Below are positions 12,235 to 26,025 of a stretch of 64,000 nucleotides of DNA, in pieces. This DNA is from Octopus vulgaris (lineage: Eukaryota), in the NCBI GenBank assembly GCA_951406725.2, contig OX597821.1:100750001-100814000 (forward strand), given 5' to 3'. How positions within the stretch are numbered: position 1 is the stretch's first letter; every line of letters starts with the position of its first letter. The notes under the pieces were generated by a model, which made no database searches, had not been told where the DNA came from, and saw only the letters and a list, made by a program, of their open reading frames with translations. The position numbers and the translations under genes were made by a program.

Positions 12235-13992
12235 TTCGAATTTATCAATTTTAGAAACTTTATTCTTACCAGAGAAAATTGTATGTTGTTGATGTCATAA
12301 GAATTGATAAATTTTCGAGGGAACGAAATAGGGGAATTTTTTTTTTCTCATATAGAGGAATTCTTTTACGTTCTCTCGAAAGTTTATAAATTCTTATGAT
12401 TTGAAAAATTTACGATTAGATTTGTACATCCGTCAAGAAGGATGTTATCTTTGTTGCTGATTCGTCTAAGTTAACTTTGTGGCGTTTATTTTACCGTTGT
12501 GCTGTTCTGTGAGAATAGATCTTATCAGTAATCGTCTATTTCTGCCAGGAATTCTGCATAATATACATGTCTTCCTTACTAACGTTTTCCTATTTGGTTT
12601 TAGTTTTTTTGTTATTGCTTTGTTTTTGTTTTATTTCATTTTGTTATTTAATTAAATTTTTTTTCCACGTTAAAAGTAAGACGACAATAAATCAATAACA
12701 AAGTAGCATTTATATACTGAGCTGACATTTATAAGAAGCACTTATATAATTAGGTACAGTGTACGGCGAAATACACAATCCAACGTGTTCTTTATTAAGG
12801 CAGTACAGTGTTGTTTGAAGGTGATTTATTGCTGGTTGTAGCAAAATGAGCAATTATATGGAATCTTTCTTGTTGGCTTGTTCTCTACAAGTGCAATCTA
12901 TGTTGTATGATACGTAAAGGTTTTCATATCTGTAAACCAATTTTATTGCAAGAAAATTGGCTATGTTTTTGGTTGTTTTCTCTCCCTACATTGATTTCAG
13001 ACATGATCAAAATAAAAAGAATTGGTTTCCACTTGTAGAAAAATAAAATGAAATGCTTTAAACCCAGTTTTAATCTTGTCGTAAACATTGGACATTAAAG
13101 TTAACTTTTTTTTCATGCTGTTTTCAGTTATAAACCACGTGATGCGTGGTAAGCTTGTAAACATTCTAATGTCTTCTTAGTAATAAATCGCTTTTAAAGG
13201 TGAACTCGAAAAAGATAATGTTAGAAATAATAGCACTTAAATATTGTATTTAAAAAAATACCTGGACAGAATAAAATGATGATTGCAGAATAAAATGATG
13301 ATTCGGGAATCCAGTTCACATTTTTCTGTAGACATGAAAGACGTTCTAACATAGGACCAAAGCAATCCCCCGAAATTCTCGTTCCGAGAATTGCATGTTT
13401 GTTTTCGTCAAAAGGATCTAGAAACTTCGAGAGACATGAAATAAATCATTTTTAAGGGTTTAACTCGAAGTAGATAAATCTATAACAAATAGTGAGTAAA
13501 TATTGGGTTTTAAAATATGCTTGGATGGAAAAACGTCGAAGTTTGACAAATGCTTGTCGGTTAAGACATTTGACGAATTCTGTTGACACTTTTTAATTGC
13601 TGACGTCTTTCGCTTGTGATGCCTTCTTTATATTTTGACATAAAAGAAATAAATAGCAATAATATTCTAATATACTTTTACTTCTTTCAAACATTGAACT
13701 GTGGTCGTGATGAAGCACACGTTGTAGGTTTTAGTCGAACAACGCATCACTAGTATTTATCATAAGTCTCCTACTTATTTTATCATTTCTTTTTGTTGAT
13801 CCGTTAAGTTTGTAGTCCTTTTTAAACACTTCTCAAACAGTGGAAGGGAGCCAAACACAAACACACGCACGTACACACACGTGTGTGTGTGTGTGTGTGC
13901 TTATGCGTGTGCGTGTATGTGTGTATTTATATGTGTGCGTGTATGTGTGTGTGCGTGCGTGTGTAAATAATGTAAATAGTAGACGAAATATC

Positions 13993-14553
13993 CATTTCTT
14001 TATTACCCACAAGGGGCTAAATACAGAGAGGACGAACAAGGACAGACAAACGGATTAAGTCGATTATATCGACCCCAGTGCGTAACTGGTACTTAATTTA
14101 TCGACCCCGAAAGGATGAAAAGCAAAGTCGACCTCGGCGGAATTTGAACTCACAACGTAGCGGCAGACGAAATACATATTTCTTTACTACCCCAAGGGGC
14201 TAACCACAGAGGGGACAAACAAGGACAGACAAACGAATGAAAAGCAAAGTCAACCTCGGCGGAATTTGAACTCACAACGTAACGGAAGACGAAATACGGC
14301 TAAGCATTTCGCCCGGTGTGCTAACGATTCGGCCAGCTTGTCACCTTTGTCATAACTAATAACCCTTTATCTTGGGAGACGGAACTAGTCGATTACATTA
14401 ACCCCAGTGTTTCATTGGTACTTAATTTATCAACCCCGAAAGGATGAAAGACAAAGTCGACCTCGGCGGAATTTGAACTCAGAACGCAGCGAAGGGCCAA
14501 ATACCGCCAAGCATTTTGCCCGGCGTGCTAACGATTCTGCCCGCTCACCGCCT
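13993..14553 (-). mobile_element. Tandem cluster of SINE family B copies
   Basis: Three copies of ...gaaaggatgaaaagcaaagtcgacctcggcggaatttgaactc..., the reverse complement of 17586-17825. Confidence 0.9.
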
Positions 14554-14575
14554 TTGATATATCCAATAATATCAT

Positions 14576-14968
14576 AGGCATGACTGTGTGGTTAAGAAGA
14601 TCACTTTGCAACCACGCGATTTTATGTTCAGTCCCACTGTTTAGCACTTTGGGCAAGTCTTCTACTATAGTCCCGTGTCGACTAATGCCTTATGTGTGAA
14701 TAAAGCAGACGGAAACTGCGCGGAAGCTTGTCGTATCTATTTATATGTGTCGGTGGGTGTTCGTGCCTGTGTTTGTTTCCCCTTAAACTCTTGAAAACTG
14801 TTGTTTCTTTTATATTCTTATAACATAGTGGTTCGACGAAAGAGACTGATATGATAAATAGCAAAGATAAAAAATAAGTACTGGACTAGGGTTCTTCTGT
14901 TCAACTAAAACCTTTCGAGGCAGTGCTGCAGCATGGCCGTAGTCCAATGACAAATGAAAAATAAGAGA
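14576..14968 (+). mobile_element. SINE family A, diverged
   Basis: Head, body and gcagtgctgcagcatggccgtagtccaatgac 3' module. Confidence 0.85.
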
Positions 14969-15571
14969 TTAAACATGAATTTTAGATAAACATTTTAATA
15001 ATACTGTAAACAGATCCTCTAAGATCTGTTGATTTATAAACGAGAGTGAAGATAAAAACACGGTAATTTTCTAGTAATCCATCAAATGGAATATCTTAGA
15101 TTTAAACATCTTTTGTTTCTTTCTCAAAAGTCTTAGAAAGCCAAGTTTAATCAAAGATTTTATAGAAATTGAAAAAAGAATTTCTAACAGGATAAAAATC
15201 TTTACCGGATGAAAATCTTATTGGATGAGAATTTATCATATATAGATATGAATGCAAAATATAAACGTAGACGAGTAAATATAAATATAAATGCGTTCTT
15301 AAATACTTCTAATTTGTATATTAGACGTTGCTGTTCTTTGAATGAGAAGGGTGAGGTGGATCGGATGTGACGGGGGGTGTAATTTTGTTTAGTCATTCTA
15401 ATAGAAACCGTAGAAATGTGATACAATCAAATAAAAATTTCTATTTAAAATCAATATTTAGTTAATTTGAAACGTACGGAACACACGAAACACGCATGCA
15501 CAGTAAGTTCTAAACATCGACATAGGCATTCACATATAGATATATGTCAATACATACAAACTCACACACAC

Positions 15572-15629
<58 letters not shown>

Positions 15630-15941
15630 TCTTTTATTCTTTTACTTGTTTCAGTCTTATATATATACACATACATACTCACACACGCACATTCGCACAC
15701 ATATATGTATATATATTATATTATATTTATATTATATTATATTGTGTTATACATATAATATACAATGTATATAACCCAAGTACATACATTCACGCAGTAT
15801 ATACACCAATATATATAACATATATAACAATTACATACACCAGTATATATAACCCAAGTACATACATTCACGCATATATTATATACGTGTACATATAATT
15901 ATGTATATATGATTGCTATATGGTACATATCTACACACGTA

Positions 15942-16824
15942 CGACGTTTGATCAATAAGTATCCGGAATGTTGCCATAGTAACAAAGCTAAAGCACACAG
16001 AGTGAAGCTGCTTGGCAAATATTGACCGTGAACGTTGTTGTGCATGGGCACTCATTTATAACATTCTAGCTCAATTCTGCTGTTTACAACAGTCCTTGGA
16101 AGGAAAGTGTATAGCGTGTGATCGTCGCATTGACCATGACAGAGAAAGGTGTCATAGCGATACCTACTCAGAGGCCTGAGCAAAGTTACAGAAAGTGTAT
16201 GGAGAGGAGTGTGTGAGCCGCACACAAGTGTACGAGTGGTTCAGGCGTTTCCAAGATGGCCGAAAAAATATCGATATTCACGAACGTTCTCCGAGACCCG
16301 CAACCAGCAGGACTGAGAAAATCATCGCTGATGTGCGTGCAGCTGTGAGCGGAAATCGTCGAATCACATCCGTGAGTTATCAGAGGATGCGCAGATTAGT
16401 TACGATTCAGTTCAGTCCACTATCACTGAAGATTTGTGTATGAGACGCATGTCTGTCAAGATTGTGCCCAAACTGCTTTCAGCTGACCAAAAAGACACTC
16501 GGGTTGCACAAGATCTTGATTGTGTCGAGAATGATGAAATTTTTTTGAAAACTTTGCGTAGGCCTCTGAGCAAGTATCGCCAAGCTTTTGGCAAAATTTA
16601 AGGCAGATTCTCAGCTCAACTTTCTCTGTCCTGGTCAATGCAACAATCACACCCTACACACCTTCCTTCCAAGCACTGCTGTAAACAGGGGAACTGAGCT
16701 AGAACGTTAAAACGTAGTGCGCATGCACAGCAGTGCTTAAGGTCACTGTGTCATGCGGCTTCACTCTGCGTGCTTTAGCTTCCTTACTATAGCATCAGGC
16801 CGGATACTTATTGATCAGACCACG
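15942..16824. mobile_element. Mariner-derived fold-back element with two transposase 5' ends in inverted orientation
   Basis: TA-flanked termini cgacgtttgatcaataagtatccgg / ccggatacttattgatcagaccacg with >200-bp inverted arms. Plus strand encodes YGEECVSRTQVYEWFRRFQDGR...RSPRP and KIVPKLL; minus strand encodes EKVELRICLKFCQKLGDTCSEAY. Confidence 0.9.
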
Positions 16825-17107
16825 TATATAGGCAAATCATGCCACTCGCCTACAAAGAGGCAAATCCACTCACACTTATATACATACACGCACTACCAAA
16901 TTCGAAGAAACACATACAAAACACCAGTAGGTATATGCACAAACACTCATGTACACCCTCTCTCTCTTTCTCCCTCTTTCTTTCTCTATCTATCTTGTAC
17001 ACACATAGCCACATTCACACACGCATAAACACGTAGAATCAAATACACACTAACACCTACAAAATGTCAATGAGGATGAGTACAATCATCTCCCCTTCCC
17101 TCTCACG

Positions 17108-17150
<43 letters not shown>

Positions 17151-17585
17151 TCCCCCTCTCTCTCTCTCATACATATACAACCATATTCATAAACTCGCAC
17201 GTATTCACTCGAAGACAAATACCTCCAGAAACTCATAAAGTCTCTTATATTTTGAATCCTGTTTGTGATATTTGACGAACTATAGACTTCGTTAATTAAT
17301 TTTCAATTCCTACCAAGTCAAACTGACTCACAACTTACCAAAAATATATTGTGTTAATACAACAATGGCGATTTTATATCCACCAAGTCAGTTATCAAAA
17401 TTTTACGACTTCCTATAACCTAAAACAGTATGTGAAACAAAAGTTGGAATCTCATTACAAAACCAGCCATACCTGTTTGACTGAAGGAGACTTTAGAGTA
17501 ATAACGAAAACAAAAATACCTCGGAACATACATATTTTAACTCCAATTTACTAGTATTCAATAACTTCAATATGTCTACTGTCTA

Positions 17586-18250
17586 AGGCGGTGAGCTGTC
17601 AGAAACGATAGCACGCCGGACGAAATGCGTAGCCGTATTTCGTCTGCTGTTACGTTCTGAGTTCAAATTCCGCCGAGGTCGACTTTGCCTTTCATCCTTT
17701 CCTTTCGGGGTCGATAACTTAAGTACCAGTTACGCACTGGGGTCGATGTAATCGATTTAATCCCTTTGTCTGTGCTTGTTTGTCCCCTCTATGTTTAGCC
17801 CCTGGTGGGCAATAAAGAAATAAGAAATGTTAGCAAGCTGGGCGAAATGCTTAGCGGTATTTCGGCTGTCTTTACGTTCTGTGTTCAAATACCGCTGAGG
17901 CCGATATCTTTTGCCCTGCTTGATAAAATAAGTACTAGTTGAACACTGGGGTTTTTGTAATCGACTATCCACCACCCCCCCTAAAATTTCTGGACGTGTG
18001 CCAAAATTTGAAATCAATATTTCTACCGAATACTGTGAGCTGGCAGAATCGTTAGCTTGCCGGGCAAAATTCTTAGAAGCATTTCGTCCATTTTTTATGT
18101 TTTGGGTTCAAATTCCACCGAGGTCAATTTCGCTTCTCATCTTTTCGGAGTGGATAAAATAAGTACCGGTTGAGTACAAGGACCGAACTAATCGACTTAA
18201 CAGCTTCATCGAAATTGCTGGCCATGTACCACATTTCCAAACCGATATTT
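17586..18250 (+). mobile_element. Three consecutive SINE family B copies
   Basis: ggcggtgagctgtcagaaacgatagc (A box)...gagttcaaattcc (B box)...gtcgactttgcctttcatccttt; repeats start at ~17586, ~17828 and ~18033. Confidence 0.9.
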
Positions 18251-18614
18251 CCACCGTCTGAGAGAGGGACAAGTAAAGACAGCAACATTTCAGATAAAGT
18301 ACCATTTCTTTGTCTTGCTTGGTTTTCTATTTTGTTTTTGCTTTTTTATTAATATCACAATGTGCGAGCAATGTCGTCATTGGTTGCAGATTTGCAACGA
18401 GCCATTCACTGACTCGCTTATTTCTGAGGGTGAAAATGACAAAGAATTATCTTGGCAACATGGTGTTGGGCGAATAACGCGTTATCATCTACTCTCAGGC
18501 ATTACAGTCTCGAGTTCTTGGGCTCCGAGTGCAGCGATCTTTCCAAGAAATATAAACAAACATGCAGTGCACACACAGATACACACACGCACACACACAC
18601 ATGTGTGTGTGTGT

Positions 18615-18845
18615 ATACTGTATGTGTGTATGTATGTATACTGTATGTGTGTGTATGTATGTATACTGTATGTGTGTGTATGTATGTATACTGTATGTGT
18701 GTGTATGTATGTATACTGTATGTGTGTGTATGTATGTATACTGTATGTGTGTGTATGTATGTATACTGTATGTGTGTGTATGTATGTATACTGTATGTGT
18801 GTGTATGTATGTATACTGTATGTGTGTGTATGTATGTATACTGTA
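18615..18845. repeat. 25-bp minisatellite, ~9 copies
   Basis: atactgtatgtgtgtgtatgtatgt with the C at 18641, 18666, 18691 ... 18841. Confidence 0.95.
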
Positions 18846-19685
18846 CGTATCAATATATATTACGTAGACAATGAGTTCAAATTTCACCGAGGTCAATTTC
18901 GCTTCTCATCTTTTCGAAGCGGATAAAATAAGTACCAGTTGAGTACAAGGACCGAATTTCTGTGTGCGTGTGAGTGAGTGAGTGAGTGAGTGAGTGAGTG
19001 AGTGAGTGAGTGAGTGTATGTATTTATGTATAGATATATAAATATATATGTATAGACATATATATTTCCAACCAATCGCTCAAGTGCTTCTTCGATTCTG
19101 TGTATGTACATATATTTTCCGGACCGCTGACATTTATCAATGGTTTCTTGCGGCAGCTTCTATCATTAATAAGACTATTGGCAATTTTGATGACACGGGT
19201 ATGCTAGTATACCTATATTTTATGTTTTCTGGGCTGTTCTGTCCATCTTCCAATAGTCTTTCCTTGGTCGACTTTAGCAGAAACTCTGCGTTTTCTATGA
19301 GAAGAGATTTCTAACTCAACACTTAATCTTTCATCCCGTCTTCATATATTATATGTGTGTGTGCGCGCGCGCGTGTGTATGTGTGCGTCTGTGTGTGTAC
19401 ATGCGTGTGTGCGTGTGAGTGAGTGAGTGAGTGAGTGTATGTATTTATGTATAGATATATAGATATATATGTATAGACATATATATATTTTTTTTGTATA
19501 TGTACATATATACATATACATACATATATACGTGTGTGCGTGTGTGTATGTAGGTATGTTTGCATATATGTAAATATGAATATTTACATAACTTTATATA
19601 CTTCTATGCGTATATATATATCTATGTAGGTGTGTGTGTATATTCATCTACGTGTATATATATATATATATATATACATATACAT

Positions 19686-19719
<34 letters not shown>

Positions 19720-19721
19720 AC

Positions 19722-19754
<33 letters not shown>

Positions 19755-20244
19755 CATACATATATATGTATATATGCATATATATATATATACATGTATG
19801 TATGTATGTATGTATGTATGTATGTATGTATGTATGTATACCAATAACCTCAGTCATTAGGATAGTCTAAAAAGCCTATAGGCACGTCCCTAATTAACGA
19901 ATGAAACAATAGCAATTATATACGAATTGGTTTATAAATATACTTACTAATTAATCAACATACTTACGAGACCTCATTATACAAATGTTCGTTATTTTTT
20001 TATATCGTGGGTGGAAGCAATAACACCTGGAGCAGGAGATACATTTTCAACACCAGCTTTGATAATTGTATAAGGCTGTTTTTTAAAGACTACTAATTTG
20101 AATATTAGAATATATCAGAATAGATCTTCAGTACTTTTTTCTGTTTTCCTTTCTTTTTCTGCTTTTTGTTTAAAGCAACAAAAGAAGTTTAGGAAAAGGA
20201 GAAGCTTTGGAATAAAAAGAAGAATAAAATGTAGTTAATTGAGA

Positions 20245-20905
20245 GAAAATGTGGTGTAATTGCTTCCCAATCACATGGTTTCGAGTTCAGTTCCATTGCG
20301 CCGGACCTTGGGCAATTGTCTTCTACGATACCCTCGGACCGACAAAAGCCTTCTGAGTTTATTTTGGCAGATGGAAATTGAAAGAAGCCCTGCGTGTGTA
20401 TGTGTGTATGTGTGCTTTTCTTTGGATTTGTGTTTGTCTTCCACCACCGCTTCACAACCGTTGTTGTTTTGTTTACGCCCTCGTAATATAGCTGTTCGGC
20501 AATAGAGACCCCGTTTAATAAACAGAAAACCCTCAAAAATAATACTGAGGTTGATTTGTCCGTCTAAACCCTTCAAGGCGGTACCCCAGCATGATTTAAG
20601 TCAAATGACTGAAGCAAATACAAAACATTCTGAGTTCAAATTCCAGCACAGTCAACTGTAACTTTCCTCCCTCTGGGAGCGATAAAATACTTGATCATAA
20701 GAATACTGATTTCAAATTTTGCAACAAGACTAGCAATTTCAGGGGAGGAGAAAAGCTGGTGACATTGACTTCAATGTTCAACTTGTACTGATTTTATCGA
20801 CCTCCAAAGGATGAAAAGCAAGGTTGGCACAGGCGGAATCTGAACCCAGAAGGTAAAGATTGGCAAAATGCGTCTAAGCATTTTATCCGATGTGCTAACA
20901 ATTCT
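20245..20905. mobile_element. Diverged SINE A (+) followed by SINE B fragments (+ and -)
   Basis: Family A body at 20260-20620; family B motifs at 20628-20690 (+) and 20710-20905 (-). Confidence 0.75.
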
Positions 20906-21079
20906 GGGGGTTAAAATATATATTCGGAGAGTACGTCATCATATCCGATTCTAGAATTTCCAGAGACTGAAGAAAATTCTTTCAATGTATTGAAGTTTGG
21001 TATAGACTGAAGGGAAAGTGACCTGAAACAAGAACTCTGTACCAGCTCATAGAATTCTTCTCAAAATCCCTGGAGGCGG

Positions 21080-21310
21080 CTGTTGTTGCTGCTACTCCTG
21101 CTTAATATGAAGTCAGTCATTATCAAGCAGGTATATGTTATCAAGAGTATTCCAGCCAGGATCATCCTGTCTGTTTTTAGGGATATCTTTTAATATATTA
21201 TCCAATGGGTTCGTCACATTTTCAAGACAGCAGAGCTTAATTTGACTAAAATTTGATTGGTATTTCTAGTGAATCTCTCGATCACATGAAGGTTCCTTCG
21301 ATGGCTTTTG
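21080..21310 (+). repeat. Unclassified dispersed repeat family E; other copies ~23795-24030 (+), ~25545-26015 (+, triplicated), ~27125-27235 (-), ~62040-62220 (-)
   Basis: Shared atcaaag..attccagcc..gaccatcc...ggactacattat...gatttg...gctatttctag motifs. Confidence 0.55.
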
Positions 21311-21521
21311 CAACGACGGCCAATGATATGAGTCAAAGGTCTAATTATTACTAGATAGCTAAACTATTAACTATTGTCTTCCTAGACAAACTTATCCTAT
21401 CAGCATTTATGACACATTAAACAAGTATACAATTTAGTATATAATTAGTAATTAATTACGTGTAAAAACATTTGCTAGATTTTACTTGGAAAGTAGCTCG
21501 CTAATAATTCAGAAAGTACCT

Positions 21522-21921
21522 ATTTCTTTACTACCCGCAAGGGGCTAAACACAGAGAGGACAAACAAGGACAGAAAAATGGATTAAGTCGGTTACATCGA
21601 CCCCAGTGCGTAACTAGTACTTATTTAATAGACCCCGAAAGGAAGAAAGGCAAAGTCGACCGCGGCAGAATTTGAACTCAGAACGTAAAGACAGACGAAA
21701 TACATACCTCTTTACTACCCACAAGGGGCTAAACAAGGACAGATAAACGGATTAAGTCGATTATATCGACCCCAGTGCGTAACTGGTACTTAATTTATCG
21801 ACCCCGAAAGGATGAAAGGCAAAGTCGACCTCGGTGGAATTTGAACCCAGAACGTAACGGCAGACGAAATACGGCTACGCATTTCGCCCAGCGTGCTAAA
21901 GTTTCTTCCAGCTCGCCGCCT
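21522..21921 (-). mobile_element. SINE family B tandem dimer
   Basis: Two copies with the head (ggcggcgagctgg) at 21921, and the same type of internal junction as 14164-14185. Confidence 0.9.
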
Positions 21922-22904
21922 TATAATTCAGTAAGTACCGATGAAACTTCAAAATGCTGACGAAGCTTTCAAGAGAAGACCGTTCACTTGGAAAATGACT
22001 TCCGAATTTGCTAATGAATAATATATTCGTTGTCAATTAATAGTTTTCACTACTAATATAAGGAAACTAATCATTTTCTTACATGTCATTTTATTTCAGT
22101 TAATTAATGTTCAAAACTTTAAACCATGCTTTCACTTCCTCACAAAAGTTCTAAGTACCTTGCTGATGACGTCTTTTATGATTATTACTACGAGTTTGGC
22201 GAACTGACAGAATAGCTAGCGCGCAGGAAAATGCATTGCAGTATTTGTTCTGGCTCTTTACAATCTGAGTTCAAATCCTGTTGACATCAATTTTGCTTCG
22301 ATAAAATAAAGAAATGGTACTTGTACGGGAATACGATTTTAAAAAGAATTATTTTTTTTAAATTTCAATTTCGCATAAAATTATACTCCTTCTTCTGCTC
22401 TCCTGAATCCTTACTGCCAACCCGACACCAATCTTCCATCAGTTCATTTTCGCATGCGTCGATACCTGCAGGTCCCTGACCCCGATGCTTTCCTTTATTT
22501 TATAAGACACTACGTGTGTTTAATTTGAGAAAAAGTTCAACTTCTATTATTGCATATCGAATGACCACATTGAGACATCGTAAAGGAGCACAGTTCTTAC
22601 AAATATATTGCATAGAAACAGGGAAATTTCCTTCACTAACTGACCTCTGAACTAAACAAACTCCATGTAAAATTGGTACATCCAATTGTATTATTCTGCT
22701 GTATTTAGTAGCTATTTAAGTAATGTGTTCGTAGAAAGTTAGTGGGTTGGATTTTGTACTAAAGAAGGAGCAAAGACTCCTGAAATATGCTTATTTTTCT
22801 ATCTTCGATAGTACTGCTTACATATACGTATTCATATACGAAATATCGCAACAAATCACTGCTGGCTCCAGTTTCTTTTGAAAATCCGTACAGATAACTT
22901 TAGA

Positions 22905-23266
22905 AAGTAAGCAAGAAGTTTGCTTCCCAACCACGTGGTTCTGGGTTCAGTCCCACTGCGTGGCACTTTCGACAAGTGTCTTCTACTATAGCTCCGAGCT
23001 GACCAAAGCCTTGTGACCAGATTTTGTTGGCGGAAACTGAGAGCCCGTCGTGTCTGTGTGTGTGTGTGTGCGTGCATGCGTGTGTGTGTGTATGCGCGCG
23101 TTTGTACCCCGATCACTGCTTGACAGCAAAGAGACCGGTAGAATAAGTTTTAGAGCTTTAAAAAATAAGTGCTAGGGTCGATACATTCGACCAAAAATTC
23201 TTGAAGCTGAGGCCCCAGCATGGGTACAGTCTAATGACTGAAACAAGTAAAAGGTAAAAGATAAAA
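22905..23266 (+). mobile_element. SINE family A
   Basis: ggttcagtcccactgcgtggcac...(TG)n...tgactgaaacaagtaaaag. Confidence 0.85.
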
Positions 23267-23372
23267 ACTGCTTATATTTTAATTTCGTGACGTGGTTTGT
23301 CTCTTTGCTGCCACCATTATCTTCTATATCACATCATTATATTCTATATCAGCCATTAAAAAAATAAATAAA

Positions 23373-23619
23373 TGCGTCCTTTTAAAGCCTAGCCAGGCTC
23401 ATGGGCCCGGTTTCCTGGTTTCAATGGCATATGTGTTCCCCAGCTGGACGGGACGCCAGTCCATCGCAGCGTTACTCATTTTAGCCAGCTGAGTGTACTG
23501 GAGCAACGTGGAATGAAATTTTTTGCTCAAGAACACAACACGTCGCCCGGTCCAGGAATCGAAACCACAATCTTACGATCATGATTCTGACACCCTAACC
23601 ACTAAGCCACTCGCTTCCA
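23373..23619 (-). mobile_element. SINE family C with tail Y
   Basis: Minus strand tggcttagtggttagggtgtcagaatcatgatcgtaagattgtggtttcgattcc, then the central domain and a distinct tail. Confidence 0.85.
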
Positions 23620-26025
23620 CTATAGCAACCATTACTTGTGGATATTGCTTGTGATAGTGAACTCATCTGTTGGTTGTAAACGTTGTACTCTTTATCTTCA
23701 CATTAAAGAAGATCTACTTGAGTACGTCAATAATTGTCTTTTCTCGATGTACAATAAAACCTGAATCCTGCTGTTTAAGATCTGAAACTGTTGTTGTTTC
23801 AGTGGTCGCTATTGTTGTTTAGCACCAGATCAGTTCTGAACGAGTATAGCAATTATCAAAGACATTCCAGCCGTGTCCATTCCTTCGTTTACTCGTAAGC
23901 AGAGAACCCAGGACCATATTATCTATTGTTTTTTTATAATGCAATAGGTGTGATTTGAGGGAGATTTGGCAGTTGTTATAAGCAAAAGAATTGACCACAT
24001 ACTGGCTCTCTCGTAGGCTACTTGTGTTCTTAAGAAGTTTTTTTTCTGTCGACAGAAGACACTTTGAAAAAACTCATTGAAAATAATTAGATATAAATTC
24101 ATATATGGCACGGTATTGAATGAGAATCTTCCACTTATACATACAGTTGTGTGTCAGAAGTCTCGTCATTCGTGTCGACATTCAAGCGGATCGTGATCAA
24201 TGCTTTATACATATCGATACTGGAGATATATTACAGACATTAGTGAAGTCAATCAGCTTCAACGAGTCTAAAATATACACCCAAAATACATATGCGTATA
24301 TGTATCTGGTATATCTATCTGTGTGTGTATGAGTATGTGTATATGAGTATGTGTGTGTGTTTCGATGTGTGTGTGAGTATATGTGGGCGAGCGCAAGCGT
24401 GTGTGTGTGTGTGAGAGAGAGATTATCTTACAAACTTATGTATTTGTCATTTGTTGTGTTGAAATTGTGTAATGCAATTCTAGCCAGCACCTACCATATC
24501 TGGTGCACTAAAATGTCTCTATATACATATATATAAACATACATATACATTCGTGTGTGTGTGTGTGTGTGTGGTTTACTGTTCCGTTATTGGAAGGATC
24601 AACAATAAAAGCATTCCATCCAGTGAGTGATAAATATTTAAATTCTGTGTATATTAACTTATATAAACACATATACATATGTGTAAACATATATACATAT
24701 TTATATATATATATGAGTGTGTGTGTGTATGTAAGCATATATGTATGTAGGTATGTATACATATATATATATATACACATATATATTTACATATATATAT
24801 ATACATACACATATATATTTACATATAAAAATATACGCACATATATTTACATATATATATACATGTGTGTGTGTATCTTATATAGACAATATGAATATAT
24901 GAATATAATGACTTATTTTAAATCATGAATACGGAAACATGTAACTTGAGTTAGAACGTCATATAATATGGAACTTCTTAATTGGTTTACAGAATAATAT
25001 TTGAATATAACTAATGACGGAAACGGCTGGTTTTAATAAACGATTTTGATTGTAATTTCCCAGATAACCTATCTAGATTCTACTATATAAATCATTATAC
25101 ATTCGTGGGAAGAATATTATGCATTTATGTGAAGCTGTCAAATTATAGAGGGATAATTACGGCAAATATTAATTAATATGTGAATTATTACTTCAAATCA
25201 TTTCTTTCTATCAGATTAAATTCGGTGCTTATTTAATTTCGATTATTAGCGTTTATTAAATTCGATTTCTCATTAAGTGTCGGCCAAAGCAACACCTGGG
25301 AGTTTTAATCAAAGAATTTAGTTGTTTATGCGTATTTAATGCCAAATTGATCCCGGTGTACGCCGCTTATTGATGTAAGATATAACCTAGTTGTTGTTAG
25401 GTCGCCTTTCAATTATCTCAACAAAAGAAAATGAAAATCTTTGTTATTTGGAAATTTCCAAGAGCTCTCACACCTATGTTATTTCTGTTTGCGAAATGGT
25501 ATATTCAGTCTCTTGAAGTTAAGCTTATCATTAATTAAAAATGAATTAGTTGTTTTCTTATTGGTGTTGTTTATTCTCCAGGTTATTTTGATCTAGGAAA
25601 GCTGAGATCAAACGCGTTCCATCTGTGACCATCCCGGGTTCAGTTTTTCAGACACAGTATATTTCGGACTACATTATTTAATAAAAGGTTTTTTTAAATA
25701 CAATAGTGAAATATAATTTGAAGATTTCAATACTCTTCAAGACGTTTCATTTGTGACCATCGCTTGTACTGTTTTTCAGACATCGTGTATATCGGACTAC
25801 ATTTTTCGATAAATCGTTCTTTAAACAGAATAGTAAAGTAACAGTAAATAGTAAAGATTTGAAGAAGATCTGAATACTCTTTAAGGCGTTCAATCTCTGA
25901 CCGTCGCATGTTTTGTTTTTCAGGCATCAAGCATTTCGAACTACATTATTTGGTAAATCCTTCATTAAATAAAATAACAGTATTTGATTTGAAAATCTGA
26001 TTGCATTTTCTAGCATTTTCTGATT

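Noticed and set aside
21955-21990. CTGACGA motif
   Set aside because: No GAAA box and no supporting stems.
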